From contig CM052818.1 of the NCBI GenBank assembly GCA_028534125.1, positions 2,668,001 to 2,732,000 of the forward strand: DNA of 64,000 bases. Reading direction: 5' to 3'. The stretch's first letter is position 1. Each line of letters starts with the position of its first letter. Origin of the DNA: Lama glama (lineage: Eukaryota). The translations under genes were made by a program, and so were the position numbers. Of the stretch, positions 38,791 to 52,249 are shown one piece after another. The notes beneath the pieces are model-generated. The model was not told the DNA's origin and made no database searches. It saw only the letters and a list, made by a program, of their open reading frames with translations.

Positions 38791-39269
38791 GTTTACCTTT
38801 GTGAGAATGTGAGTACCCCCCTGGCTCAGGTGGTAGGTAGGTTGGCCAGAAGAGGGGGAAAGTTTTCTGAGAGCAGCTGAAGGAGAGACTGGTGAGGGTC
38901 AGGGAAGGGCTACCCCTGGCTGTGTGTCCCCAGCTATAGATTATAGATTGCAGTAAAGAATCAGAGCCTTGGCTCTCTGCTAGGCAGACATGGAATCCTG
39001 GCTATGAGAGCTAATTCTTAGTGGGTTGCTTAACCTCTCTGTGCTTCAGTGTCCTCATCCATTAAGTGGGGATAATATTAGTACCAACCTCCTGAAGTTG
39101 TAATGAGGAGTAAGTTAATCTGTATAGAGCACTTTTTCCAGGACCTGGCAGTCTGTGGGTGCCAGAGGAAATAATACTGAAGCTTGTATCATTTAAGGCT
39201 TAAAAGCCGAGAGTCCACCGGTAGCACTGGTAGGTTGTTGTCCTTCTCTAGGCCGCCCAGGGAGATGGG

Positions 39270-40450
39270 GATGTCGTCTGGTCTGCGGGTTGTGAGCCGG
39301 AATTCTGGGCCCTCAACCCCAGATTCCACCATTGGAGTCCAGGTCGGAGTGCGGAAGAAACCCGACTGGCTGCCAAAGCCGCGGGACAGCACATCTCCGG
39401 CTGCTCTCACCCAACCATCCTTCAAAAGCGGACACTGAGCTCATTGAAGAGAGTGAGCGGTGAGGCCAGGATTCAGCCCTGCCTTAGTCCTCCAACTCAG
39501 GGCCCTGGCGCTCACGCGGCAGAGCTTGGCGTGTTTATAGTGCCACTCATGCCTTGGCCCCCAAGCCAGATTCTCCCCGATCGCCAGCCTCCCGGCGGCA
39601 TTTTCCGACGCCCAGGGAAGAACGACTCAGGCATGCGTCTAGGAGGGAACAGCAGCGGGAGACCGGACGGTTCCCGAATCCCGCCAAAAGGCGATGGACA
39701 GGGTCCCACACCCTTCCCCGGGCATCTCCCTCGAGGCGCACCCAAGGGAGAGCGCGAGCCGCCGCGGGGGCTGCCTTTTGTACCCTTTGATATCGTTTGA
39801 ATTTGTGGGATGCCGCAATTAAAACGAATCTAGTACAACGACTTCTTAAATGTTATTAGAATAGATTTGAAGAAGCGTTTGTTTCCGTACTTCCATCAAG
39901 GGCAGACACTCCTCTTCCCTCCCCGACTTTGTGCTTCAGAGAGTTGGCCGGCAGCGACTTAACCGTGTAGACACGGCTCCATTTTGTCTTGGCCGCTCCC
40001 TGCACAACGCTGCACATTCAGGCTCATCAACCACCCCAGACCCCAAGTCCCAGCACCCGGGAACTCGCAAGCCTTGGGCCCTGTTGTCCCAGGAAGTGAT
40101 CGTTTGCGGCCAGCGTCACCCGCAGGCGGGTTCCAGGGAGGAAGCGCGGAGTCTCCAGCACCCCTTCCGTGGCCACCCTGGTTCTGGGGTCTTCCCTACC
40201 TCGCTTGCCGAGGCGTCCTTGCTCTCTGGGTCCGGTTGAGTCTGGTTAGGAGCGCCATGAAAGACGGGATTACCTAGGGACACGGGTGAGGCGAAGTTGG
40301 AAGAATTCTCCATCACTGACCCAGGGAAAGGATTTCCGAAGGGCGAGGGGCCACCTAACAGTCGGTGTTTGGTGACTGTTGGGCCTCTGCAGGAGAGCTG
40401 GGAGCGTCCGGACCACTAGCGAGGACCCCCCTCGTGATCCCGTCTTTGCG
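39270..40450. promoter_or_regulatory. CpG-rich region about 9 kb upstream of VAX2
   Basis: Elevated CpG density; no recognisable coding exon. Confidence 0.55.
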
Positions 40451-41060
40451 CTTTAGGGAGCCTATCCCCTTACTCTGAGATGTCGCCAGGAATTTGTATC
40501 TACTGAAAACAATTCTCTAGGATTTACTGCCACATTCTTTGGAATATCTTTCATTCAACAAGTATTTCTTGAGCTACTACTATATGCCAGGCATGGTGCA
40601 AGGCATTACGTGACAGTTGTGAACCAAACAGACCCAGATCCCCTGGTCGTGGATCCTGTGTTGTTGGAGATGGCTGTTTCTCCTGGACAGTCCAACCCAA
40701 TGTGAGTTTAAGGCAGGGGACCTTGGAGGTTGACCTTAAGTTGCCATTCTACCTGTTGGTTCACAAAGATGCACATACCAGCTGGATACTGAGCACAGAT
40801 TTGTTTTCCTGGCTAGAGAACTGCTTCTGAAAATAACTTTCCTTAACAAGACGCTTTGATGCAGCCTCAGGGACCCTGTAATAAACCAAGGTTCAAGAAG
40901 CGGAACACACTGCCTTGTGTTCAGTTCATTTGGCTGACAAACAAAACAAACATACAAACAAAATACTCCAAACAAACATGCAGACCCAGGCCTTGGGTGT
41001 GCTTGTGGGCTTGTATCTGTAAGTGCATATGGTGTGCACTAATTTCATTAATTCTTTAAA

Positions 41061-41264
41061 TGCTTTTTTTAAAAACTTCTTTTTTTAACATCTAATTTTT
41101 ATGTTTTATTTCTTTATTATTGTATTATTTAATTATTTTGTTTTGGCAGTGGCGGGGGAGAGGTAATTAGGTTTATTTATTTTCAGAGGAGGTACTGGGG
41201 ATAGAACCCAGGACCTCATGCATGCAAAGCATGCACTCTGCCACTTGAGCTGTACCCTCCTCCC
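41061..41264 (-). mobile_element. vic-1-like SINE
   Basis: Reverse complement of the tRNA-Ala-like head plus tail. Perfect 16-bp TSD tcattaattctttaaa at 41045-41060 and 41265-41280. Confidence 0.9.
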
Positions 41265-41449
41265 TCATTAATTCTTTAAACCATCAGTTTTAATTTTTTT
41301 CAAAAAGGAAAACGTGCATCTGAGGGGAAAAAATTCTAAACAGCACAAAGGATTACAAAGTGACAAGTAGGCGTCTTCCAGACCGTCAGTCCCATCCCTG
41401 GAAGTCCCAAGTTGTTGCCCCGTATGGACAAATATCTACCCCCTCACCC

Positions 41450-42650
41450 GCTTATAATGGGGATGAAGTCACACTGTCCTCTGTTCTCCGTCCTGCCTTT
41501 TCCGCCTTCGCCCGCGCCCTGGCGCTTGCTCCTTCCTGGAAGCCGGTCTCCGCCTTACCCTTGTGCGCCCTCACTGTTTGCCAGTCTGGTGTCAAAGTGC
41601 CAGCTTCCCCACATCGTCGCCAGTTAAGGGTGTTACCTAAGTTTTTGATCTTTATGGGTCTGATAGATTTCTAAAAGAAACTAATTAAACAAAGGGGAAA
41701 CAAGGGAAAGCAACAGAAGAATGCTTGCAACACGGGGCTGTTGTGTTCGGAGGGTGCGGAAGCGTGGGTCGGGGCGATGCGGGGCGGTCGTAGCCTGCGC
41801 GTCAGAGAGCCCCGAATTCGGAGGCTTGCAGCCCTCGCCGCGCTTCAAAGCCGGGCAAGCCGAGAAAGGCCGCGGGGCGGTGGGGTCAGCGGGAATTAGC
41901 GCGCCAGGGCCGGGGCGAAGGATCACCTCGGGGCGAGAGTTCGGGACAGGATTAGCGGGTTCAAAAGCAGGTCAGGGAGAGCTAAACGAGGCGGCGAGGT
42001 CCGTGCGAGGTCAAGGTCCTCAGTAGAGGCGGGCTCCGGGCTGGGCGCCGGAACGGCAGCTGGGGGACTGCGATCTCGGGGAGGCTGGACCGGGAAGCCC
42101 GAGGTCAGAGCGCGCGGAGCGGCTAGGCGGGCTCTCTGGGGCAGGCCTCGTCCTCCGGCGGCCGCGGGACTAGCACCCCGCCGAGTGTGTGGCTGGGCCT
42201 CGGAGAATGAGCCGGCGGCGAGATGAGCCCGGAGACCCGCCCTAGACAATTTCAAAGAATAAAGAGCAAATGTATCTGAGCTCCCAATGGGTTTACGCGT
42301 ATCTGCGGAACAGGGTTCACCTATTCTTTTAGATTTTTTTCCTTTTAGATTTTAATCCCATTTCCTTCCCTTCGTTTTTAATAATCATTTTTCTTTCCCT
42401 GGCAAGGTAGAACATCTTTTGGGCAAACAACTAGTTCAACGAACTGCACGGATCAGTGCTAAGAAATTTCTCCCCACGGCAGATTTCTGAGGCCTCTGCT
42501 GCTGAACAATTGCTAAATATCACACTGTATGTGTAAAAATAATCACGACTCATATCCCACACTTCTGCGAGTCGTGAAAGTGTATGAAGGGGGAACTGGA
42601 GGGACAGCTGAGCGAGACGACTCTTCCCTGAAAGAAGTGAGTGTTGAGTG

Positions 42651-42681
<31 letters not shown>

Positions 42682-43700
42682 TGTTTCTAGAATCCCCTGA
42701 CTTGAAGTATTTTTTTAGGAGAATGAGAGTCTATTCACATATTACTTGAGTTCGCTCTCCTGAAAGAGCTCCTGGATACTGGAGGAGAACAAACTTGGGG
42801 ATACTGCGCGATGCGAAGTGGGTACTCCATTCTGAAATTCTGGCGTTGGTAAATCCAAAAACACCAATAAACAGACGACGAATAGACGACGGATAGCGCT
42901 CAGCGTCACTCCGTGGAAGTGGCCCCGCCCCATCGCCATCTCCAGTGTCCCCACGCTGGGTCATTCCTTCCCCAGGGATCTGCTTCTCCCTTCCCCAGAC
43001 TTGGCCTTTAGCCTTCCCTTTCCCAAGGGCGAGGTCGGCGCCGTCGGGAGAGAGGGAGCCAGGATGCTCAGGCTTGCGTCTTGATCTCCACGAAAGCCAG
43101 CCCCTCTGGACTGGGTCCTGCTGATTTTCCGTGGAGAACTCTCGGGAAGAGTCCGCTCCTCAGGGGCAAAGTTTGCAAATCCTTCGGGTGACGGTGGTGA
43201 AGACGGTGCTGGAGGTCGTGGTGATGGGGGGATGGGGGGCATGTTTGAAGATGGCAGAAGAGGAAAGCGCGGGGACAAGGCTGGTGGGAAGGGGAGAGAA
43301 ACCGAGAAAACTGGGTCCCAGGAGCCAGAGCCCGGGTCGCGGAGAGGGGGGAAGGGGCGGGGCCGGAAACCGGGAGGCCGCGCGCGACCCAAACAAAGCG
43401 CCGCCGGGTCTCCGCCGACAGAGATCCTTCTTTCCCCCAATTTCTCTTGAGTCTTTCGATTTGGTCGGCAGATCGGCTGGTTTTGATGGCGATGTCCAGG
43501 TTGTTACTGGGGAAACCAGTCTAAAGGGACCGATCGCTGGAGGAAATCCCACTCACTCCGCCAACCGGCGTTCAGCTCCGCCCAACACGGCTCCGTCGCC
43601 GGTGCCGGGCCGGTGGGTAGTGGGCGAGAGGCCCCTTTCTTTGCCGCTTCGTCCAGGTGCACTCGGTGCCTCTGGCTTTGTTCTGAAAGACTCTGAGGCT
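41450..43700. promoter_or_regulatory. CpG island 11-13 kb upstream of VAX2
   Basis: Dense CpGs and several GC boxes (ggggcgg at about 41780, 41875 and 43355). Confidence 0.7.
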
Positions 43701-45899
43701 CTCATTCCCGGCCCCCAGGCCCCACTGGCCGGTCAAGGTGTAAAATGCGTTCCTCTTGCAGAAAAGACTCCTTTCTCTGTTTTTAAAATCTGGTAAACAA
43801 TATTGGGACTCTTCACGCTGCTTCCAACCTCTGCACGCTGTTCAAAAAATTAGAACAATGATAGTAGAATTGAAAGAAGGATTAAAAAAAAATCCTAGTA
43901 CCCAAACCTAAAATCACATCATCCTCATTCCTTAAAAAAGAAGAAAGAACGAAAAAGACAGTCTTTTTTCCCCACTGCATTCTTAATTTCTATCATTTCA
44001 GTCGTGGGGAATGCGTAGTTTTGTATTCAGCCTTTGCTGCGTGAGGTTTTACCTACATAACTGTCAGGCTCTATGGTTTGTATGAGTATACTTTTCAATG
44101 GCCAAGTAATATTATATTATATTACTGTGTAAAGTAACCATTCTATTATTAGATATTCCAGAATATCCAGCCTTTCAGCATTAAAATAAGGCTCAAATCA
44201 AAATGGTCAAATACATAGCTCTCTCCTTTGGGAGAGGATTATTTCTTCAGGATCCTTACTGGGTCAACAAGATGGGGACAGTTTCATTGCTCTTAACATA
44301 TTGCCAAACCGCTTTCCAAAGCAATTTATACAGGCATTTATTTTCGGATCGTTCGTTATGGGCGTGGTGCTGGCGGTCAGGCCTTTAAAGCATTTTCCCT
44401 GCGCTCCAAGCCACTGCTGAGACAGACTCTGCAGCAGAATTACTGCACAAAGTTCTCCAGGAGAGAGAAGATGAGGCAGTGGGAACGCTGAGGGATAGAG
44501 AAGGCCGGTGTTCCTTCCCCAGCCTGGAGAAAGCCAGGGAAGGCTTCTCAGTGGAGGTGGCAGCCGAAGGTCTCAGGCAGAGTTTGTCAGATAGAAACTG
44601 AAGGAAGGACAGGGCGGGCGACCTTCGCGTGCATAGGCTGAGCCTTGGAGAGCTTTGTGGGTTTGGAGACGCACGTAGTGGCTTATATTTTGCGGGAGTG
44701 TCGAGCGTGGGTGGAAGAGTCCAGGAAGGTGAGACTCACCATCCCCTCCAACGGAATTGGAAACGGACCTCACTACTGGTCATTTACACTATTTTGAACG
44801 ATTGCTACATTAATAGAGGCATACTTACATGATCATTATTTTTTAAGATTGTGTTTTATTGAAAAGGAGCTCACATTTCCTTATTTAAAAAAACACTACT
44901 TGTCCCTTGGGAAGCAATTCCTTCTTTTAGCCGCAATAATATATATCGTAAACACAATACATATATTACTTGATTGTTTCCATAATGAGAATATATTCAT
45001 GTATTATATGGTTAATTAAGAATCATAAGTTAACACAAATTTTTTGTAAAATAATCAGACTGAATTGTATGCAAGTTTCTCTCCTTAATCCTCCCTCTAG
45101 AATTGGCATGGCTGATAGTTTTAATACTGCATATGCAAACTATATATACATATTTTTAATTGAAATATAGTTAGTTACAGTGTGTCAATTCCTGGTGTGC
45201 AGCATAATATTTCAGTCATATATATACATACATATATTTGTTTTCATATTCTTTTTCATTGTGGATTACTACAAGATATTGAATATAGTTCCCTGTGCTA
45301 TAAAGAAGAAATTTTAAATCTATTTTATACATAGTAGTTGCAAACTATAAGTTTTTTTGCAACAATGGTTCATATTATCCCCGTTACTCTACAAACTGCC
45401 CTTAAAAAAATTAGCAATAGGCCATGACATTCTTCCATGTCAGTGGACATAGCTCTATTTCATTTTTAATAGCTGTCTATATCATTCTATGGATGTTTCA
45501 CCATTTTCCCTCTATTTAAAAATTTGCATAAATAAAATATGAAAGTCTTTTATATCAGAAAACAATTCAAACAATGCCAAAATATAAAGATAAAACATGA
45601 AACAGTGTGGCTTTGTTTGCTGTTTTGCCTCTTCGTGTTGCCACCCCATTCCTCAGAAGTGTGAGGTGACAGATTTGGCTGTTGTTCCTTAGGCTGTCCT
45701 TCTGGTCTTTAAAAAAATTGTTTTATTCATCCTCTTCAGCCCACACACTTTCCTCTCCTCCCTGGAACAGTAAGGGACTAGTGGGTTGTTTTACTGTGTG
45801 TATTTCTGTCATTATATGTTCTCACAAAGTATGCGTGTGTGTGTGTGTTTCATTCATGTACATTGGATTTTATATTTCATTTTTTACATTACATTATTT

Positions 45900-48800
45900 T
45901 TTTAAAACGTTGTTTTTAAAATAATTTCAAATTTATGGAAAGTTTGCAAGAATAGTACAACAAACTGCTGTATTCTGATTTCTTAGCTGCATTTGCTTTA
46001 TCATTCTTTTCCCTATGTATTTATAAAATTATTGTTGTTAAAGCATTTGAGAATCAATGACAGACAGCATGCTTCCTTATTCCTAACTACTTCAGTATTT
46101 CCTAAGAAAGGAGACCTTCACCTACATGACCTCAGTGCAATGATCAAAATCAGGACATTTAACATTGATACAATGCTGTTATATAATCTTCAGATCTTAT
46201 TCAAAATTTCCCAATTGCCCCAATAATGTTCATTATATTATTTTTTTTCTAGTCCAGGATCTAATCCAGTATCACTCATCGCATTTAGTTGCTAGTCTCC
46301 TTTAGATGGAAACAATTCATCAACTTTTCAGTGCCTTTTGTAACATAGACATTTTTGAATATAGACCAGTTATTTTATATACATTATGGTTTCTTTAATT
46401 CTTTTGTTTTATTGAAGTATAGTTGGTTTACAATATTTCAGGTATATAGCAAAGTGATTCTGTTATATATATATGATATATTATTTTTCAGATTCTTTTT
46501 TCATTATAGGCTTTTATAAAATATTGAATATTGCTCCTTGTGCTATACAGTAGATCCTTGTTGTTTATCTATTATATGTATTTTTATTTTTTAAAAATTT
46601 TTCATTGCGGTATAGTCAGTTTACAATGTTGTATATTTATATATCTGTAGTGTGTATCTGTTAATCCCAAATTCCCAAATTACCCCTCCCCCCCATTATG
46701 GTTTATTTTAAAAAATCTGAAACTTACAGAAAAGTTGTCAAGTGCAAAGATCTCACCCCACCCCAGACCCATTTGAGCATGGAAATTGCTGACATATGCT
46801 TTATTTTGTATTTCCAACCAAGGGCATTCTCCCTCATAATCATAATACAGTCATCAAAATCATAAAATTAACGTTATAGCCATCAACTACTCAGACCTGT
46901 TAAACTTTATTAGTGGCCCTGACGATATCCTTACAGCAGATGAATCCAGATTCCAGATGAAACCAGATTGTGTATTACACTGAGCTGTCATTGTCTCTTC
47001 AGTCTCCTTCAATCTGTAACATCCAGTCTTGTCTTGACTTCCATGGCCGGTTCTCATGTTGTAGAATATCTGTCAGGGTGGGTTTATCTGATGTTTCCTC
47101 ATGATTAATTCAGATTATGCATCTTTGGCAGGAGTATCACTGAAGTGATGCTAAATTCTTCTCACTGTATCTTAACCAGGTGGGGTATAATTTTGATTAA
47201 TCCCTTTGCTGGTGATGTTAATTTTAACCATTTGAGTAAGGTAGTGTCTGCTAAATTTCTCCCTGTTAAGTTATTATTTTTCCCTTTGTAATGAATACAT
47301 ATTTTTCAAGAAGGAATTTTGAGACTATATATATATATCCTGCTACTTATCAAATTTCTCTGCATTGTTTATATCAACAAATCCAGTGGATTCCTATTCT
47401 AGTCAATGGGTTATCACTTGTTACTACCATTATTTAATTCATTGTTTACTTCGCAAATTGTCCCAAGTGTAGTCAGTTGGAGTCCCTTCAAACTGGCCTC
47501 TGTGTCTTTTTAAAAACAGCTTTATTGAGATGTAATTCATATAGCATACAAGTCACCTATTTAAACTGTACAATTCAGTGGTTTTTAGTATATTCAGAGT
47601 TGTGTAACCACTTCTACAATCAATTTTATTGATTTATAAACATTTTCATCACTCCTCAAAGAAACCTCAAACCCTTTAGCTGTCTACTCCTAATCCTCCC
47701 CTGTCCCCAGGCCCTGGGCAACTCTGTATTAATCCACTGTGTGTCCCTACGGCTTTGCCTATTCTGGACATTTCATATAAATGAAATCGCACACATCACA
47801 GTCTCGTGATTGGTTTCTTTCATTTAGCGTAGTGTTTTCAAGGTTTACGCACTTTGTAGCATGTAGCACTATTTCATTCATTTAAATCTTTTTTTATTTT
47901 TATTTTTTAGGAATTTTCTCCCAAGTGGGAGTCCCATAGCTTTTATTTTTATTTTTGAAGTATAGTTGATTTACAATATTGTGTTAGTTTCAGGTGTACA
48001 GCATAGTGATTCTTTTTTCTTTTCTTTTCTTTTTTTTGATTATATTCCATTATGGGTTACTACAAGATATTGGGTAAAAACTTTATTAGTTTTTAATGCT
48101 GAATAACATTCCATTGTATGGACACATCACAATTTGTTCATCTATTGATCGGTTGATGGACATTTGGGTTGTTTGTACTTTTTGCCTATTATGAATAATA
48201 ATGCTGTTATGAATATTCTTATAAAAGTTTTTGTGTGGGTATATGTTTTCATTTCTCTTGGGTATATACCTAGGGGTGAAATTGCTGGGTCAAACAGTTA
48301 ACTCTCTGTTTAACTTTCCTAGGAAGTGCCATGCTGTTTTCCAAAGTGTCTGCACCATTTACACTCCCACCATTCCAGTTTTTCCACATCCTGGCCAACA
48401 CTTGTAATTACTGTCTTTTTGATTACAGCCATCCTAGTGGGTGTGCAATGATATCTCACTGAGGTTTTGATTTTCATTTCCTTGTTGCTGACTGTCTTTT
48501 CATGTGCTCATTGCCCACTCATCTATCTTTGGAGAAATGTTTATTCAGATACTTTGCCCATTTTTAAATTGGATTATTTGTATTTTATTATTGAATTGTA
48601 GTATTGTTTGTAGAGTCTAGATATGTCCCTTGTCTGATGTCTTATTTGCAAATGTTTTCTCCCATTCTGTGGGTTGTCTTTTCAGTTTTCCGATCGTGTT
48701 CTTTGAAGCACAAAAGTGTTTACTTTTGCTGAAGTCCAATTTATCTATTTTTTCTTTTACTGCTTATACTTTTGGTATTATAGCTAAGAAACCATTGCCA

Positions 48801-50170
48801 AACAAAAAGTCATGAAGCTGTAGGCCTATGTCTTCTTCTAAGAGGTTTATAATTTCAGCTCTTACACTTAGATCTCTGACTCATTTTGAGTTAATTTTTT
48901 GTACATGGTGTGAGGGAACCATCCAACTTCGTTGTTTTGCATTATAGATATCCAGTTCCTCCGGCACCATTTTTGGAAAAGACTATTCTTTCTTCATTAA
49001 ATTGTCTTGGCACCCTTGTCAAAAAATTCCTATCTCTTTTTGACATGTCCTTATCATTCCTTGAGCATTCCTTTACTTCCTGCCACAAGACGTTTCCATT
49101 TTGCCTTGTACTTTTCCATGCCCTAGCTCTTTCCCCGAAGGAGTTCTGGTTCTTTTTGGTGGGAAATGTTATTTAGAAGCCACGATCTGGGTCCTGTCTG
49201 TGGCCATCGCCATTGGGACCTGCAGCTACAAGACCCTCTCAGTGGCCAGGGCCGGGGAATATATGGATGTACCTAAAACACATTTACACTTACATTTACG
49301 GAGACCCATAAATTCACACCAATAGCTCCAATTCCAAAGCGGCATCACAGGGCTTCTTTCTAGTTTTCTTCTTTTCTGTGTTTGTAAGCTCCCTTCTCTG
49401 AAGTGAGAAACCTGCTTCCTATTATCCTCAGTCTGGTTACTTGGTCATTTCCCTGGTGTGTTACCAGTTTTCTGTTGCCGCCTTGCCTCTCCCCACCCCC
49501 TGGTCCAAATGCAGGGGCCCTTCTCACCCTACTGGGGCTCAGACACCCAGACTGAATCACTGCGTCTCCCTACTTGAATCCCAGCCCTGGATCACTGTGG
49601 CCCGCACCCTCCCTTGTGTGGACATTTGCCTTTCTGGGCCCCACCTACTGGCTTTTGGGCAGAATTTTCAGGAAGGAAGAGCAACATGATGGTGTTAAAG
49701 ATCCATCGTTGTTGCTCTGTGCACACCCAGTCTGTTGCTTCAGACGGCTGTACAACACTCCACCGTGTGTGGCTCTGCTCTTCCCGGCAAAGACACCCAG
49801 GTGACTCTAACTCCCCTGCCACCTCAAATAATGCCACAGTGAACACCCTTGTGCAGGTTTCCTTAAGCACCTACGTGAGATACCTTTGGGATCTGTACCC
49901 AGGAGTGGAGTTTCTGGGTCACAAGGTGTGAAAATGTCTAACTTGCCTGAACACTGGCAGCTCGCTGCCCAGATGACTGCTCCAGTCCACACTCAGCAGC
50001 CATGCATGTAGTTTCCTGTATCCACATATCCCCTCCACCCTCCACTTGGCATGTCCCCCTCTCTAGTTGCAGGTCTACGAGGCATAAGGGGATATTTTGT
50101 TTTAATTTGCATTTCTCTGATGATCAATGATCTTGAGCATTTCTCCAAGTGCTTGTTGGCCTTTTGGCTT
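45900..50170 (-). mobile_element. Cluster of old L1 fragments (L1MC/MD-like, L1MB-like at 47515-49025, L1ME-like) with younger L1 3' ends inserted
   Basis: T-rich; L1 ORF2-end antisense text (tttctcttgggtatatacctagg, ttgcaaatgttttctcccattctgtgggttgtc, cttggcacccttgtcaaaa). Confidence 0.75.
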
Positions 50171-51667
50171 TCTCAGGTCTGTCCCTAAGCATTTAGCTAT
50201 GTTAGACTTCTCTTTCCTTAAGACCTAAATTGATCTGACTGTGATAGTATTGTTCTCCAACGTTCTTCCCTCAATTAAAATGTCTTGAAAATCTTTTTAT
50301 CAGCTGCATGGAAGTCCACTGCTTGGGTGACCCATAAAATAGTAAGCCATTTCCCTACTGAAGGGCATCAGGGCTCTTTCAGGGGTTTCCCTGCCACAGA
50401 CAAGGGCTCCCATAACCATCCTTGACCACACATCTCTGCAGTGCGGCAGAATTTCTTTAGATGAATTTCCAGAAGTGTGTTCTTTAATTTAGAACGCACG
50501 TTTGGAGACAGTGTATTTAATCACTTGTAGTAGTGTCCTCCAGTCTACAGTGGAGACTTAGGACTCAGTCAGATGTAAGTTTGGGAAGAAAGAGGCATCA
50601 CTGAGAAGCGCTCCTGATTTTGGAAATACAAAGAGGTGTTGAAGAGTTAGGTGGTGAGGAATGTTTCTAGGAGACAGAGCTGAACACACAGGAGGAGCCC
50701 ACCATCTTGGCCAGGATATGCCAGGCGGTGGAGGGTGAGCCCCCTGACAGGCTTCCTGAAACTGCCCTGTAGATTTTGCCAGGTCCGGAGTCAGAGGCTC
50801 TGGAAGGAGCCACCAGGAGTTCTGGGTCCACTGATGGGAGTAAGAAGTGTTATATCCTCATAGGAACAGTGGCTGCCCTCCCCTTAAGCTCCCTCAGTGG
50901 CCCCAGAGTGTGGAGGTGGACAAGTAGACGGCTGCCTGATCATAGATTTATTCACAGTCTAAGTTTCTCTTCTCCATGGGAATTGACAGGATGTCGTTTT
51001 CTGCCATGTACAGTTGGGCAGTTTGTGCACTGTACAAGGTCACCTGACCCAGAAGGTAAACGGGAACTGAAAACCAGCCTAAGCTCATTTTCACAGAGGT
51101 GCTGCATGGGTTAGAAGTGGACCTGCTTCTGAGCCATGGAGAGGAGGCCAGTGTCCAAGGCTCCCTGGCCTCAGGCCAGCCACATGAAATTGTCCATGGG
51201 AGGGTTCCCAGGGCCTCTGTCTCACTAGCCATCTCTTTCTGAAGAGGACATGTTTCCCTTCCCAACAGTCCCTCAGGGAGAGTAGCCCAGACTCTCTGGG
51301 AAGATCCCACCCTGTACCCCTTTGGGCTGCAGTGAACAGAATAGAAAAATTTTCACAGGCTAGAAGCTGGGTTGAGCCTCCAACTTGCTTTCTTTGGGAG
51401 AGAGATGAGGTGGGTTAATTATATCAGCTTCTGGTAGTTGAGGAAGAAACTAGAAAGATAGTATTTCCTCTTCCTCCTTTTGGAATCCACAGCCTGTGAC
51501 AGATACAAGCACAGGTAGAAGTAGGTAGAGCCAGACAGAGAAGTGGGTGGAGACCCAGGGCCAGGAGAGGCACTCTCAGGGGCTAAGCATCCAGTGTGGG
51601 CTGGATGGATCACTGGGGACTGGGGGAGGGACAGACCATCCTTTCACACAGCAGGGAGGCCAGGCTG

Positions 51668-51815
51668 CCTGAACAGAGCAAAGGTCTGTGCGGCTGGAGT
51701 CTGAGGCTCTGAGTGTCTGATTTGGACCGAAGTTTGGGTAGGGAGTCTGTAGGGCCCTATGTAGATTTCCCACAACCTCTTCCCAGCTTAGCTCCTTGGC
51801 TTCTCCCCAGCTCCC
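51668..51815 (+). repeat. Arm A of a 148-bp inverted duplication
   Basis: Its reverse complement aligns without gaps to 55008-55155 (20 mismatches in 148 by hand count). Confidence 0.9.
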
Positions 51816-52249
51816 TGAGCAGATATTTTTATCAAGGCTGGTGCTGGGCACTGGTAACGCCAAGCAAGATGACTGACTCCTGTTATCTATCCAGGGGAGC
51901 TCCCAGTGTGAGCCCCTGTGGTGGGTCGAGTGGGTTGGGGAGTCGGGGAAGGGAAGAGAGTCATGCACAGAGAGGCAGTTATGATGCAATAAGAAAAGTG
52001 CTGAGAAAGGCTGACGTTTGTTAAGCACTTATTTGTTGTGCGCTTATAAGCTCCATCATGACCCAATGAGGTGGGTTCCACTACCCTCATTCAATTCATG
52101 GGGAAACCAAGGCTCAGGTAGGTCCCGTAACTTGCCCAAAGTCACACAGTAAACGGTGAGGCAAAGTCTTTCAGTCTCAGGGCAAAGACTGTTCCTTTTA
52201 CCACTTGCAACCTTGTCATATTGTATCACCCGGTCCTGGGTGTCAGGGA

